Source: Octopus sinensis (taxonomy: Eukaryota). From it: a stretch of DNA of 64,000 bases. The notes beneath the pieces were generated by a model. It was not told the DNA's origin. It made no database searches and saw nothing but the letters and a program-made list of their open reading frames with translations. Location of the stretch: NCBI RefSeq assembly GCF_006345805.1, contig NC_043008.1, forward strand, positions 7,750,001 to 7,814,000, read 5' to 3'. Of the stretch, positions 11,563-25,847 are shown in pieces (position 1 is the stretch's first letter; each line of letters starts with the position of its first letter). Made by a program: the position numbers and the translations under genes.

Positions 11563-12060
11563 GTATATGATTCTGATGTATATTTTCCAGTAACATAAAG
11601 CTATGATAATGTTTCTTATTTAAAACAAAAGAGAACACATTATCAATTTATTTTATTAATGATATAATTGAATTCTGAGGATCAATCCCGTAATTATGCC
11701 ATTACGGTTTATTCAGCGGTTCTGTCATCTGTCATTTGTCTCTTTAATCCGGCGAGAATAAAGCCTGTTTTCATTTCAACGAACAATACAATATTGCCCG
11801 TATATTTTGATCAACGCCATTTTTACTCGTGATTAGATTCAGATATTATCTGTTCTGATACACGCATATTGCGATGATGAATAATAAACCACATAATTAA
11901 ATGAGTTCTTGTTAGCATAATTAGTCTGTAACTCATTATTGAAAAAATGTCGTCCTTAATTAGTGCATCTATGATGCGGGTAGAGCTTCTGATGTTACCG
12001 GTTGCCCAGCTAAATAGAGAAGTCCGGGGTCATGCAACAACAATCACCAATATTAAATTT

Positions 12061-12292
12061 AGGCGGCGAGCTGGCAGAAACGTTAGCACGCCGGGCGAAA
12101 TGCGTAGCCGTATTTCGTCTGCCGTTACGTTCTGAGTTCAAATTCCGCCGAGGTTGACTTTGCCTTTCATTCTTTCGGGGTCGATAAATTAAGTACCAGT
12201 TACGCACTGGGGTCGATGGAATCGACTTAATCGCTTTCTCTGTCCTTGTTTGTCCCCTCTGTGTTTAGCCCCTTGTGGGTAGTAAAGAAATA
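12061..12292 (+). mobile_element. Family-A tRNA-SINE (OK-like), full length
   Basis: GGCGGCGAGCTGGCAG A-box region, GAGTTCAAATTC B box, 3' tail shared with the 56692 copy. Confidence 0.93.
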
Positions 12293-12692
12293 AACATTAA
12301 CTTCTCTCGTAGTTTCGATGAACCACAATATGATAGCTCCCCATATCACAGGAAGGGTGTAGCCACGAATATACTAAATGGATCAAGTTAGATTAATCTG
12401 AATAACTTCCCAAATACAAACTAATTATGAAGAGATATGAAATTCAAACTTTTTTTACTATTTACCTTAATTTTGTTTTCCCTTTTGTAAAACACGTTTA
12501 GGTAAACTTTGCAATAACTCACTTAAAAGAAAAATCAACAACGAAATTTGTTACCAAGAATGTTTGTAAGTGAAATACATAAACATTTACAAACATTTAC
12601 AAATAAGAACGACTAATGGCTTATAAAAAAGTAAAGTAATCTGTATAAGAGAAATTAGTATTCGGTTAATAATAGCGGTGAAACAAATACTG

Positions 12693-12732
<40 letters not shown>

Positions 12733-12738
12733 TATATA

Positions 12739-12800
<62 letters not shown>

Positions 12801-13800
12801 TATATATATATGTCTGTGCGTGTGTTTGTATGTATGCGTTTAAATATATACATACATCCATCCATACGTACATGTGTATACATGGACACACACCTACGTA
12901 GGAATACCTGTGCGTGTGCCTGTACGTGTGCGTGTGTGCGTCTATGTACAAGCACGTCTATTATATACACCCTTATTCTTTACAATACAAACAGCGCTAA
13001 ATCCCAATCGAATTTGAGCAAATGGTTGCAATTGCTTTTGTAAACACGCAGAGAGCATTAAAACGGCTGCCTTCCATTCATTATCTTTTATACTTAAAAA
13101 TAACGCAATAGTCCCTTGAAGGGCCTTTAGAATTAAAATTGAATCACAACGGTTGATCATTGAATGCTTTTCTTTATCCTCATTGCGTTCTGATTTTTTT
13201 TGCTCTTCCATTGGAAATATATTTCTTTATTTCTCAATATACTGCTTACTTGAATCTCATGAACTTGAAGTGTACACGGGTCTTAGAGTCTCAGAAATCA
13301 AAAAGAACTAGAAGCTCTGATTCCTTTGATCAAACCATTCATTGAATACCACATGAAAAGCTCGCAAATCTCCTGCGAATAATCGTCGTCGAATTATTCA
13401 TCTTGTTCTGCTTCTGCAATGACAACATTTGATTTATCAAATTCTAAAATTCAGATAATAGTGTTCGTATAAACAAAAATAATTATATAAAAATTGTATC
13501 TCGACAACAGAAAAAAAGGAAAAAAAATAGTGATTGAGGAGAAAAACAAGTAAATTAAACGAAAGCTTTAAAAAATTCACTCTCCTTGTTCATTAATGAA
13601 TTAAATTTGCCATTAGACAAACCAAATTGAATTTACAGGACATAAATTAATGAAAAGCAAAAAATGAGTAAAGAAAACAAAAATTAATTGTTTAATCTTT
13701 ACTTTATTATAAATTGCATCAACGATGGGATTTTTTAAAACTCCAATAACATTTTAGACCCAACCGTTTACTGTTCATAATGAAGTCTGAATGGTGCACA

Positions 13801-13806
13801 CATACA

Positions 13807-13903
<97 letters not shown>

Positions 13904-14075
13904 ACGCACGCACACTCGCTCACGCATACGCAACTGTTCTGAAACTAAGACATTTACACACATTCTCTGTCTATATAAATATGCAAACGCACACACACAC
14001 ATACACACATACGCAAACACACATACACATACATATATATATACGTACGTATACGTGTATGTGCGTGTGTGTATA
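13801..14075. repeat. (AC)n-dominated microsatellite
   Basis: Direct repeat; source of the HTHT/VCVC ORFs. Confidence 0.95.
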
Positions 14076-14529
14076 TAAATAATTGAATTGCGCGTCTTTC
14101 ATCAAGTAGCGATCAGCACAGCTAAGTCGGGGCAGTGAAAGATTTAATTTATTATTCTACTTTCATGAAATATCGCATATTTATTACTTTCGAGAGATTA
14201 AATTGTTAGTTAATGTTAGTAAATGACGATAATAAAGCGGCATATATTTAACATTTTAAACCCGGCAGACATGTGATATGGGACTTACAATATCGATTTA
14301 CTTCAATTATTCTGGCTTTTCATTATTTAAATACTATCCGAAAGATGCGGAGGGAAAGCGATGAGACTCGTTTAGGAGATAAAAAAATTACAATAAATAC
14401 TTATGTCTCTTTAGCCTCTGAACCAAGTTCCGGAGAAGTTTGCTTCGTTAGTAATTAGGATTTCATTGTTGTGTCCTCAATAAATTAAGTATCTGTAAAT
14501 TATTCGAGGTTATTCCATCAACTTTAATA

Positions 14530-14715
14530 CTTTCTACTATAGGCGCAATGCCTGGAATTTTGGGCGACGGGGTCAGTCGATTTGATAAAACTCCAGTACG
14601 TAACCGGTACTTAATTTATCGACTCCGAAATTATAAAACGCAAAGTCGTCCTCGCGGAATTTGAACTCAGGGCGTCGCGAAGGGCGAAATACTGTTAATC
14701 ATTCCGTCCCGCGTG
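14530..14715 (-). mobile_element. Family-A SINE, diverged, head truncated at the adjacent palindrome
   Basis: GGTACTTAATTTATCGAC...GGAATTTGAACTCAG matches other copies. Confidence 0.8.
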
Positions 14716-14990
14716 TTAATCATATCCCATCATCGGAGACGGTGTGAGAGGAAAAATTAAGTCTTAGTTAGTTTCGATGTGATGCAAAACAGAGAGTGAG
14801 ATGGAGGAAAGAAAATAGATGTAAGATATTTATGGGTTTTGAATTTGTAAATCCGTTTACAAATTCAAAACCAATACGTATCTTACATGTATTTTATTTC
14901 CTCCACCTCACTCTCTCTTTTGCATCACAATCTTTCGTCTCCGATGAAGGGATATTATTAATTAATATCCTAGAAACAGCTGTAAGACCT
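14716..14990. mobile_element. Fold-back (inverted dimer) element ending in a hammerhead-like motif
   Basis: Arms 14716-14851 and 14856-14961 are reverse complements around a TCCG loop; the left arm has a ~34-nt insertion. Confidence 0.85.
14937..14988 (+). ncRNA. Minimal type I hammerhead ribozyme-like motif (U4C core variant)
   Basis: GTCT / CCGATGA / stem II GGATATT..AATATCC / GAAA-C-AGCT-G-TA / AGAC. Stem I GTCT:AGAC, palindromic AGCU loop III, GUA triplet. Confidence 0.7.
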
Positions 14991-15263
14991 TCTATCTATA
15001 AATGCTCTAATATCTATACAGCCTTGTTTTTTTTATCTTATTATGCAAAAAGTCATTATATACACACGCTGACATAGAACCAATGTTGAACCATTTATTC
15101 GTAATAGTACCGAATCTGGAACTTAACTATCGTCTGTTTATAGAACTTATTCTGCAATACCTGACAACTTTGGGTCTCAACGATACCACACACACATACA
15201 CACAAACACACACACATACACACACACGCACGCACATACACACACACGCACATACACACACAA

Positions 15264-15340
<77 letters not shown>

Positions 15341-18331
15341 CAGTGTATGAGAGAAGGGATATATACATAACATTTTACAATTTGTATGAAATATATATTG
15401 TGAATATTCTATAAAGAAAATGAACTACAGGAGATACACATAGCTTTCAAGCATTTTATCATGTGTGTTAGGAGATATATCCAATTCTGAATAATGGAAA
15501 ACCTTTCCAAAAAAGATATCTTCCTTGTAAGGATCGATTATATTAAGAATTGCCACCACGAAAATGTTATTTCAGATTCTCGTAGACTTTGCAGTTCCCA
15601 GGTGTTTCCGTCAGATGCGATGGGTGTCTCTTCTATTTGTTTTCTACAGTCAGTTAGGTCCCTGGTAGATGCTCTGCATGAAATAACACAGAAAGCAAGC
15701 GAGTATTGTTAATCAGCTGCATTTAATAAACACCTCATGAATCACATCTTGGTTTGTTTCTGTCGGCACCGGGAAAAAATATTCCAAGCGTTACAAAGGT
15801 CACAGTGAATCCGGTTTGAATATGTATTTTTTTAATTATAAAGTGATATTTTGCCACTCTTATATCTATCTTTGTACGACTCTTGTCGCGCTGATTTTTT
15901 TTATATTCCGAAATCGTAGATAGGATTTGCCTGGCTTTTATCTTCAAAGAGTCGGATCCTGATAACGTCCACTTCGTATCAGAGTATAATTACTATATCA
16001 GCACAGACACGACTGTCAACACAGTTTAACACGTACTCTCTGGATACTGGCCGACGTTACCTTACTTATAGTGACTGCGTCATTCCACTCGTCACGTGAG
16101 AGGTTGTACCATTCATTACTAATCCACTACAACATTTTTTTTGTGTGTACTTCTTTAAAAGAACAAGGTGTACAATGAGACATTACCGCAAACTACTTCG
16201 GTGAGTGAACTTCTTTCTTCTTACTTACTCCTATCTCGTAATGAGAAGCTTGATACAAAATAGAAAATAACTCTTCACAGTTATTTAGAACATATGATGC
16301 TTCTCATATTCATCTACGGACTTTATATCTTTGAGCGGCGATACCCGAGGCATAGTGGATTTATCTCTTGTCCACGTCCCCTAATCTCCAGTTCAGCGAA
16401 CAATATTTTGCTTAATTATGCATCATTTCTAGAGAATAATAGATTCATAAGTTTCTTTGAATCCGGTAAGTATTGCCACCAAGCGGTCCTTCTCCAATCT
16501 CTAGATTCGCTTTAGATATATCAAGATCTTTTAATTCTTTACTATTTAATATATATTTTTCATCATTCACTTCCAAATATACGCCATCCATCGCTGTGAT
16601 TTATTTCTCTTAGGTACTTTTCGTTTGTCCAATGGAAGTTTTCTAGGATATAAATATATTCTACTGTCAATATGAATCCTTTTTGGGGTATTGGTGAGAT
16701 GATGGCGTTTTACTCAGGCACAAACACCGTGCATACATGCAGACGCTCTTCTGTCCAGTCAATATTTTGATTAACGGTGTGCTAATTTTTGAATCTTGCT
16801 GTTTATCCCCATTTCTCATTTGGAGTTGGTGCCTATTGTACCACGCAATTAGTAAAGGCTTTCTCTCATTGTTGAACTCAGTGTATTAAGAATGGGCTTT
16901 ATAAGTATACACACAAAAACACAAAAACGCATATAGACGCACACACGCTTATTTGATGGGTGGATTAATTTCTGTATGTGTGTGTGTTTCTCTGTTTATA
17001 CGCGTGTTTCTGTTTTAGATTGAAACATCTTCAGAAGTATTTTGTATGACAACCTGCGAAAATTTCTGCAAAGAATCTGAAGTTTCCCAATTTTGCTTCC
17101 TCACTTTTCTAACCTTATTATAAACTTAAGTTTGCTCTTTCTACCCAGAAGGTAATCATTTCATATTTCCTTCGAATCTCTATAAGACATTATAAGTTGG
17201 TTCGTCCTGCTTGGTACAGCAAATTTCTTTCCCGTCAGAAGCAATATTTTATTAAGAAATGAGGTATATTTCAACGATCTTTGATGAAAAAGATCAAATG
17301 TTTACGGTCTTCTAGGCAAAGTTGACATTTAGGTAAGCGACAGAAGTAGTAGAAACTCATTTTTCATAATATGGGTTACATTTTTCTTCGGTTTTCTGTT
17401 ACCATGCATTACTAGTAGGAAACAAAATGAAAGTTTTCAACATTTTCGTACAGAATATTTAGAAATATGCTCCCTTTTCCAGTCTGGCTTGTTCTAGTCA
17501 CACTACACAAAACTGAGAAAACTTTATAATGATCCCTGTCGTGGAGAATGGACTCTGGGATCATCATCTTGTCCACCGACTTCTAAAAGAACATATTTCT
17601 CTAAACAATATTTTGCTTCTACTGGAAATAGACAATTAGCTCCTTGATTCATCGGCTTAATTTATAGAAAGCATTATTAAATCAATGTAATATGATATTT
17701 TGTAATATACAACACAAAAGGGACTATGCGCCAGAGAGTCCAGTGTGTGACGGAGTTTCCTTTAAACTTTGCTTATGCTTAAATACAAAGAAAAAGCAGA
17801 AAAGAAAACATACATTATCACATTTAGTAATATACCAAATCACAAATTCCATTTCGTCCTCTGTACATATTGACTATTTTTCCTATATTTCTCTAGGCTA
17901 AAGAAAAAACATTCATGAATAACCTTCTGGCGCCTTGCGGTTAATAGAGCGTTTCGAATTATGGAAGAAGTGATTTTACTTTACATATAATATGGATTTA
18001 AACTTGTTCCTCATATGATGCCAATGCTATAATTTCTGTTATGGCAGCAAAAAGAAATAAAAGTTACATATTTACATAACATACTTCTTTGCATATAAAA
18101 AATATGTGCAGAACACGGTTTACTCAAATGACAGGAATATTTGAGCTCCATTTCTACATGTTATAACATTTCAGCAGGTCTACATTACGATGTAGCAGAG
18201 ACACAAGTTTATACAATACTTTATTATGTAGCAGTTGGAAAGCTTGCTAAAGATACGATATTATATTAGTTTTAAGTCCTGTAAACGCACCTTCATGAGT
18301 AATAAGAGTATTTAACTACTTTATGCATTAA

Positions 18332-18727
18332 CTAGCAGTGTCGCCCAGCGTTGCTCGAGTTTATTTCGACCCTTTAGAATTGAAGTTTTTGAAAAGTAAA
18401 ACATTTGCATTATGTAGCTTTTTATTCTCTTTAAGTGACCATTTTTCTGGTTGAAACACACCGAAAAATGGCGACACAGCGGTCAAAAAGTCGTAAAAAA
18501 TAGGGATTTTCATAGAAAAAAAGCACCTTTTTGATGTAAGTAATTTTTGGTGTTAACATTGTTCGATTTGAAATTTTTCGTCAACGGAAGGAAGAGCAAG
18601 CCTTCTTCTATCATACTCTCAATTTTGGTCAACTTGCGCTGTAGGGTCACGGATGAGATAGTGTTAGTTGAAGGCTACCAAACCTGCCATACACAGACCC
18701 GTTCAGCTTTGTATATATAGAGAGAGA
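18332..18727 (-). mobile_element. Non-autonomous Helitron (~396 bp)
   Basis: Minus strand starts TC (18727), ends with an imperfect GC-rich hairpin (CGAGC-AAC-GCTGG) then CTAG (18332); inserted between A and T with no TSD. Confidence 0.8.
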
Positions 18728-19390
18728 TTGATTACAGAAGAAATATAGCTCTCCCGTCACCTGATAAATATATGGCTAATTTCAATCCTGGGGTTCTATC
18801 TCTTCGATGTTCCAACGGCTTTGATGATATACTTCATATTCCTGCCAGCTTTCGACCGATTATCGCAACCGTATGCGTACTAAGAATTCTACATTTACAT
18901 GTTGCATTTTAAAGCATTGTTTACAGTACTAATTGGAACCCATTTCTAGAGGGATATATGAGCCGTGAGTTATGATTACATTGTATCCTATTGTAGACAA
19001 TGTTATATTAATTCTGACTACACTGGCGAAAGATGAAAATATTCTCAGGAATGCAACACTGCTCCAATAGTTATTCTTTAAAACGAGCGTCTCCAACAGG
19101 CTTTGATTACCCAAGGAATACATTTTACACTTTTAGAATCGTGGCAAGGGAAGACAAACATGTTCAAAATAAGTTCATAGCCGGACAGCGTGCGAGATAA
19201 TGTTTATTTTAATTTTAAGCATGGCAATGAATTAAAGAATCTGCCAAAATAAAACATTGTGATATTAGGTAGCATCATTGTTGTCCACGGTATTTCTCCA
19301 GAAACATGAGAGTCGATAAAATCAAATCTAACACTGAAGACTGTGTAGTTTCCTTTTTATCGAATTAGGAGAGTATAGTTGAGTGTACTG

Positions 19391-19643
19391 CGATTGGTCG
19401 AGGAAGGTCACGCGGTGTCATGGTTTGATTTTGGTATATGTGTAACGTTTAGTTTGAAAATATCGCGTGGCGAACAGGAAATTGACCACGTGGAGATTAG
19501 GCAATAGGGCACGTGGCGTTTAGAAAACGGCCAGGTTGTTGGCGGAGACCAATTCCTTGTTCGCCAAGCGGCATTTTCAAACTAAGTGTTACCCAAATAC
19601 ATATATCAAACCACGACACCACGTGATCTTCCTCAACCAATCG
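19391..19643. repeat. Fold-back/MITE-like element, ~94-bp arms and ~65-bp spacer
   Basis: CGATTGGTCGAGGAAGGTCACG...GGCGAACAGGAAATTG versus CAATTCCTTGTTCGCC...CGTGATCTTCCTCAACCAATCG. Confidence 0.85.
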
Positions 19644-20071
19644 TAGACCACCTTATGGTAATATCAATCATCTTCTGTATTTCGAATTCAAAATGGCTGT
19701 CGACTAGCATCACGTTTGAAACTCAAGAGTACCAACGAATTTGAATCAAACTGTTTTGATCCATACATGTATCTCCCAATAAATTAGTTGAGTGCCCTTC
19801 TTACGCTTGTCTACTCACTCTTATATATGTCCTCAGATTGGCACCCAAATACTCTGAAATGTTCGTATTGGAGATTGCGACGTGAATGCCAAGCAGTACA
19901 GCATTGGGTTTCCAAATTTCTGGCAGAGTTAATTGCGTCATTGTGCTGCTTGACTGAAAGACTGCGCCCAACTGACCCTACAGTACTGTGTAGTCGACAA
20001 AATAACAAACAATCAATGCGCATGCAAGAAATAAAAAAAATATAAAATGTCAACAATTTACCTATCGAACC

Positions 20072-20231
<160 letters not shown>

Positions 20232-20359
20232 AAGATAGATATGTGTATGTATGAATGTGAGTGTTTATTTATGTATGTATGTATGAATCTAATGATAGAT
20301 CGATGGCCATATGTATGCATGGATGTGTGCGTATATGACTTATATCTTTGTTACATTTC

Positions 20360-20695
20360 TTAGGCTGTGGCCATGCTGGGGCACTGCATTGAAGAAATCT
20401 AATTTAGCGAATCGACATTATTATTTATTATTTAAACCATATACTAATTCTAATGGTCTCTTATGCTGACCCACCAAGTTTCAGGGACATAAACAATCCA
20501 ACAGCGCTGATCAAGCTCTGGAGGAGAGCGAAAACATACAAAATCGTACGGCGCACGCTCGCAAACTCACATTCCTGTATATTATATAAATTCGCAAAGG
20601 TTTGGCCGGCCCGGGGCATTAGTAGAACTGTGAACACAGAATCATGTGGCTGAGAATCAAACCATATTCCACACAGCACACCTCTGCCTACTTAT
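20360..20695 (-). mobile_element. Family-B SINE, diverged
   Basis: GGCCATGCTGGGGCAC tail segment; GGCCGGCCCGGGG...ATCATGTGG...CACAGC head segment. Confidence 0.6.
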
Positions 20696-20713
20696 CTACT
20701 TATAAACATAGAA

Positions 20714-20776
<63 letters not shown>

Positions 20777-21889
20777 TCAGTAACAATAACAATAATATCA
20801 GTATGGAATTTATAAATATTTTTACCACATCGCTACGGTAGCCGGCATAAAAGATATATATTTATACACACAGACACACACACGCTCATACACACATACA
20901 TATTTTCATGCACACACCCATACACACGCACATATATATAAACGTACACATATTGGTATACGTACACAAAAACTCACGTACATAAGCCTATATCCTCGAA
21001 TACATATATATATATGCATATATATATATATATATATTTATAAATATAGATAAAGACGTACTCACACAGAAAAATATGTACACACATACACACTTGATGA
21101 AAGTAGTGGCTAATAAGATGTGAGAAATCAGAGACTGGATGTATGATATCTTCTTCAACATTAAAACCACATTTATCAACCTTCTTAAAAAAAACTGATT
21201 ATTTTAAATCATTGAAGAAAATGTTCATTGAAAATGATGGTGACATTTATCTCAAACGTGAATTCAATATTCATACTTCAAACAAACCGCATCCTCCATA
21301 AACTTCGAATCAACCAGAAAATATTGGAAACAGACCAGCGACAAGATAAAATATTTTTAGTTCTAGCTAAGAAAAGATTGGTAACCTCTAAACTTCGTGG
21401 AATTACGAATTCATTTCTAACTTATTTACATGATGTCTAATTGATATGAGATACTTGTAAAGTATTCTATAGCTGATTAGCAGATATATAAATACTTTGG
21501 AGGTCAGCTTCGCAGTTCCAACGCAGCACGCCATTAGAAATGAAGTACGGTTCCTGCAAATATATTTCTTGTGTATTTCCAGAACTCTCCAATGGTTCAA
21601 TATTAGTGATAACCAATCTTAAAAGCTAGTACCCCGAGTTTTAGTCCTAGAATAACTATTCTGATTATCCAAGGTGCTTTCTTATTAGTCATGAAAAAAT
21701 ATACAACAAATTGATTTGAAAACTGCTGCTTTTTGTACGGGTTAGATGTCCACCAAGAACACAATTCATCAGGGATGTTCTTCTCAGGCCGCTTTTACAT
21801 TTTCTTAATATGCTGAATCCAAAAATGGAATCCGTTTTTACCATCATGTCTTGATTCCAAGACATGTTTTCCGTATTTTTCAAAAAGCT

Positions 21890-22090
21890 GATCAATTTTC
21901 CCCTGGGGTACCAAATATCCATATTTTCATGTATGTTTGACAGTAGAGCCAAGGAAAACCATTGAATGACCAAAGAATGGCCGCGGCTAACATTAGGTCC
22001 AGGGTATTTTAATGTGACTGAAGAGGCTTTAGTTCACCTGCGGACAATCATTCTACCTCAGTTTCATATTAATTAAGAAGTTGGATTCAA
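21890..22090 (+). pseudogene. Second Chapaev3-like transposase remnant
   Basis: GTKYP...FDSRAKENH*MTKEWPRLTLGPGYFNVTEEALVHLRTIILPQFHI parallels the GYTxxPCF...KH...W...PG...EPL...LLPxHIK block at 35880-36070. Confidence 0.55.
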
Positions 22091-22226
22091 GATTAGGTAC
22101 TTGACCATCCTTAATGTAGACAGAAAAACGATAGGAGAGGAAGAAAAGTAGTTTAAGTGAATAAAATGTTTTATGGATGGGTTCAGAAATAAATCAATAA
22201 AACAAAATATAATATACTTGGGTTGA

Positions 22227-22390
22227 AAGGCGGCGAGCTGGCACAAACAGTAGCACGCCGGCTGAAATGCTTAGCGGTATTTCGTCTGTCTTTACGTTCT
22301 GAGTTCCAATTCGGCCTAGGTCGACTTTGTATTTCATTCTTTTGGGGTCGAGAAATTAAGTACCAGTTGCGTACTGGGATCTATCTAATA
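22227..22390 (+). mobile_element. Family-A SINE, 3' truncated
   Basis: GGCGGCGAGCTGGCAC...GAGTTCCAATTC...AAGTACCAGTTGCGTACTGG. Confidence 0.88.
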
Positions 22391-22477
22391 GAGTTTCAGG
22401 TTGGTAATTCACTTATACATATATACATGCATACGTTATGTATGTATATATATATCTATCTATCTATCTATCTATCC

Positions 22478-22514
<37 letters not shown>

Positions 22515-22518
22515 ACTA

Positions 22519-22567
<49 letters not shown>

Positions 22568-22621
22568 TGCTACTAAATCCACAGCCTCTATACATATATG
22601 GAGATACATAGACACACACAC

Positions 22622-22676
<55 letters not shown>

Positions 22677-23359
22677 TGCATGCGTAAAATACATGTCTAT
22701 ACTTATATACATACACGCACACATATTTCTATTCATATATGTATATGTGAGTATACCTATATAGATAACTAGAAAATTTGAAAGAAAGAAGGACGGGGAA
22801 ATAGTGGTAGAAAAAGAGAGAGAGGAAGTCACGGATAAAGAGGCATTACTGTTACCTATCGAAAATGTTCGACTTTGCTATGTTACATAAACTCCAATCC
22901 TCTTATTCTGCTCCCCTCTGGGCTCTTGCATGTAAGTCTAATTATATTTTCTACTATCAAAATGTTTTATAGATATTTACTGCTTTATCTCTGAAGCGCG
23001 ATATGTATGAACATATAAAATCTCCAAAGCGGCATCTTTACAGGTTATAGAATTTTCATTTGTCGTGTGTAATACAATAATAGTGAAGAAACTTAAAGCG
23101 TTTAAGGTAATACGTCATATATTTGAAATACATTTGATATGGGAGTTTAAAAAGACAGAAAAGAAAAACTTACTCGCTTCAAAGCATATCATTTCATTAT
23201 ACTAACAGATATCTGTATAACTGCAGGTCTCTGCATGTGTACGTATTAGTAGGTGCGCGCATCCGTTTACACATGTACATGTGTGCATGTGTCTATCGAT
23301 TTCATATACGCACATGTGGTACATATATACATATACATATAAATATATACATATATATT

Positions 23360-23392
<33 letters not shown>

Positions 23393-23466
23393 GTAAATAT
23401 ATGTAAATATATGTAAATATTATATATAAATACATATATATGTATACATATCTATATATGTAAATA

Positions 23467-23513
<47 letters not shown>

Positions 23514-24085
23514 CATATATATACATACATGTATTATATATATATATATAATATATATATATATATATTATATATATATATTATATATATAATATACATG
23601 CATATATATATATATAATATATATACACGCATACTAAGATACAGACATATATCGTAAAACATCTTAGAGTTATCTAGGAAGGGAAATGAGATTGTGCGAA
23701 AATCATGACTTTTAGGGGGGCATTGAGATGATATAAGAAGGAAAATAATAAGAGCAGTAAATCGAAGCTGGGTTAGAACAGCAATTCAAAGAAATTGTAA
23801 AATAACCGGATATATAATACTGCAGGTGTAGAAACGTGCACATATACAGAAGAACACACACACACTTACGCACACGCACACACGAATATGCACTACGTAA
23901 AAATACATACTATCACATACACGCATACACAAAGAAATCAATATGGGTGTATAAGCATATAAGCAGCCGGTTAATATCAAAGTACTTGAACATTTTACTC
24001 TGGGTATCTTATATACTTGTCAGGTTAACCTTATTAGAATTACAAGAAAAAACACACTGTTAATAAGAAGCCAACACACACACAG

Positions 24086-24118
<33 letters not shown>

Positions 24119-24242
24119 CATATAAATTCGTATATACGTATATGCACATATACATATATTTATAAATATATAATATACGCATGCATTTATGCATAGGATA
24201 TATTTATATAAATATGCATATACATATATTCACACACACACG

Positions 24243-24287
<45 letters not shown>

Positions 24288-25147
24288 TGTGTTTGTGTGC
24301 TTGCGTTGTGTGTGTGTGTGTAATTCACGATGCGTAAATGGATATGCAGAAAATTCCATATCTGCAAAATTAACGTTAGCTAGAGCAATGACGCTTAGGT
24401 ACAGACACACATAAGTTAATGTTTCGTATACACACATCCACGCACGCATACATACGAACACATACACACACATAATCGGATACCTGCATGCACACATGTA
24501 TGCATATACGCACATGCACACACACACACACGCTAACGCAGGCATTCGCTGTTGGAGATATTTTCTCATTCCGCTAGAATCGAACATAGTGAGTGAGAAA
24601 AGTCGTTAGAGGGAAGAGGATAAGATGACTTATAGTAAAAGAGAAGTAGAAATTGAAAATATGATAGAGTGAAAGAATGTTACGCAGTGTATGGAAGAGT
24701 AAAATTTGGAAAAGCTAAATCTTGTGGCTCAACAACATCAAACAATATTAAGGAATATTACGAGGCAAAATAACTCCCACTACTGTTGTAGTGAAGTCGT
24801 AATATATATAGCCCCGAACGTACACACTATTATACATATGGCTCGTATTTGATGTGATTTGTATTACAACAGAGTATGTATAAAATATATTATAGCCTCT
24901 ATGGCATCTAAAGAAATAACATTTTGTAAGTTCTTAGGTAGGTTCTTCAAAAACCTACTAACGTTTATGTCACCTGTTCAAACGATCGGTTTAAAAATTA
25001 ACGAAACAAATATAAGTATGACGGCACACACACTGACTGGCTTTGTTTTATTGGACAGGTCACCATATATCTAAATACATATACACTCCCATATATATAT
25101 ATATTATATATATACACACACACATATATATATATATAATATATATA

Positions 25148-25196
<49 letters not shown>

Positions 25197-25323
25197 ATTT
25201 ATCAAGCTTCTGTATTCCTAGCACATATTTCGCCTTAATGTACTGATATATGAAAAATATATGGCTTGTGTTAGTAATACCAGCGATTATAATTATTTTT
25301 ATTTTATCGCAATTTGATTTGTT

Positions 25324-25355
<32 letters not shown>

Positions 25356-25443
25356 TACTTACATATACGTATACATATATATTCATATATATATATATGC
25401 ATATATATGCACACGCCACCACATCTATATCTGTATATGTGCA

Positions 25444-25500
<57 letters not shown>

Positions 25501-25653
25501 GTATTTTTGTATATATGGCGAGGGGCATGGACATATAAATTAAAATATAGATGAGAGATAATTGCTGAAAATATGTATAACAGAGTGGTAAAATTGGTTA
25601 AGTTGTGCATGTTGGAGACATAAAAGTATACACTCATGAATATAGCTCTCTCT

Positions 25654-25737
<84 letters not shown>

Positions 25738-25814
25738 TGAGAGATACATATGTATATATATATATATACATACATATATATATAGAGAGACACACACACA
25801 CACATGCACGCACA

Positions 25815-25847
<33 letters not shown>

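Noticed and set aside
12942-17650. Degenerate coding-like stretches at ~13000-13450, ~15500-16100 and ~17000-17650
   Set aside because: Possibly old transposon debris, but no diagnostic motif could be read in any frame.
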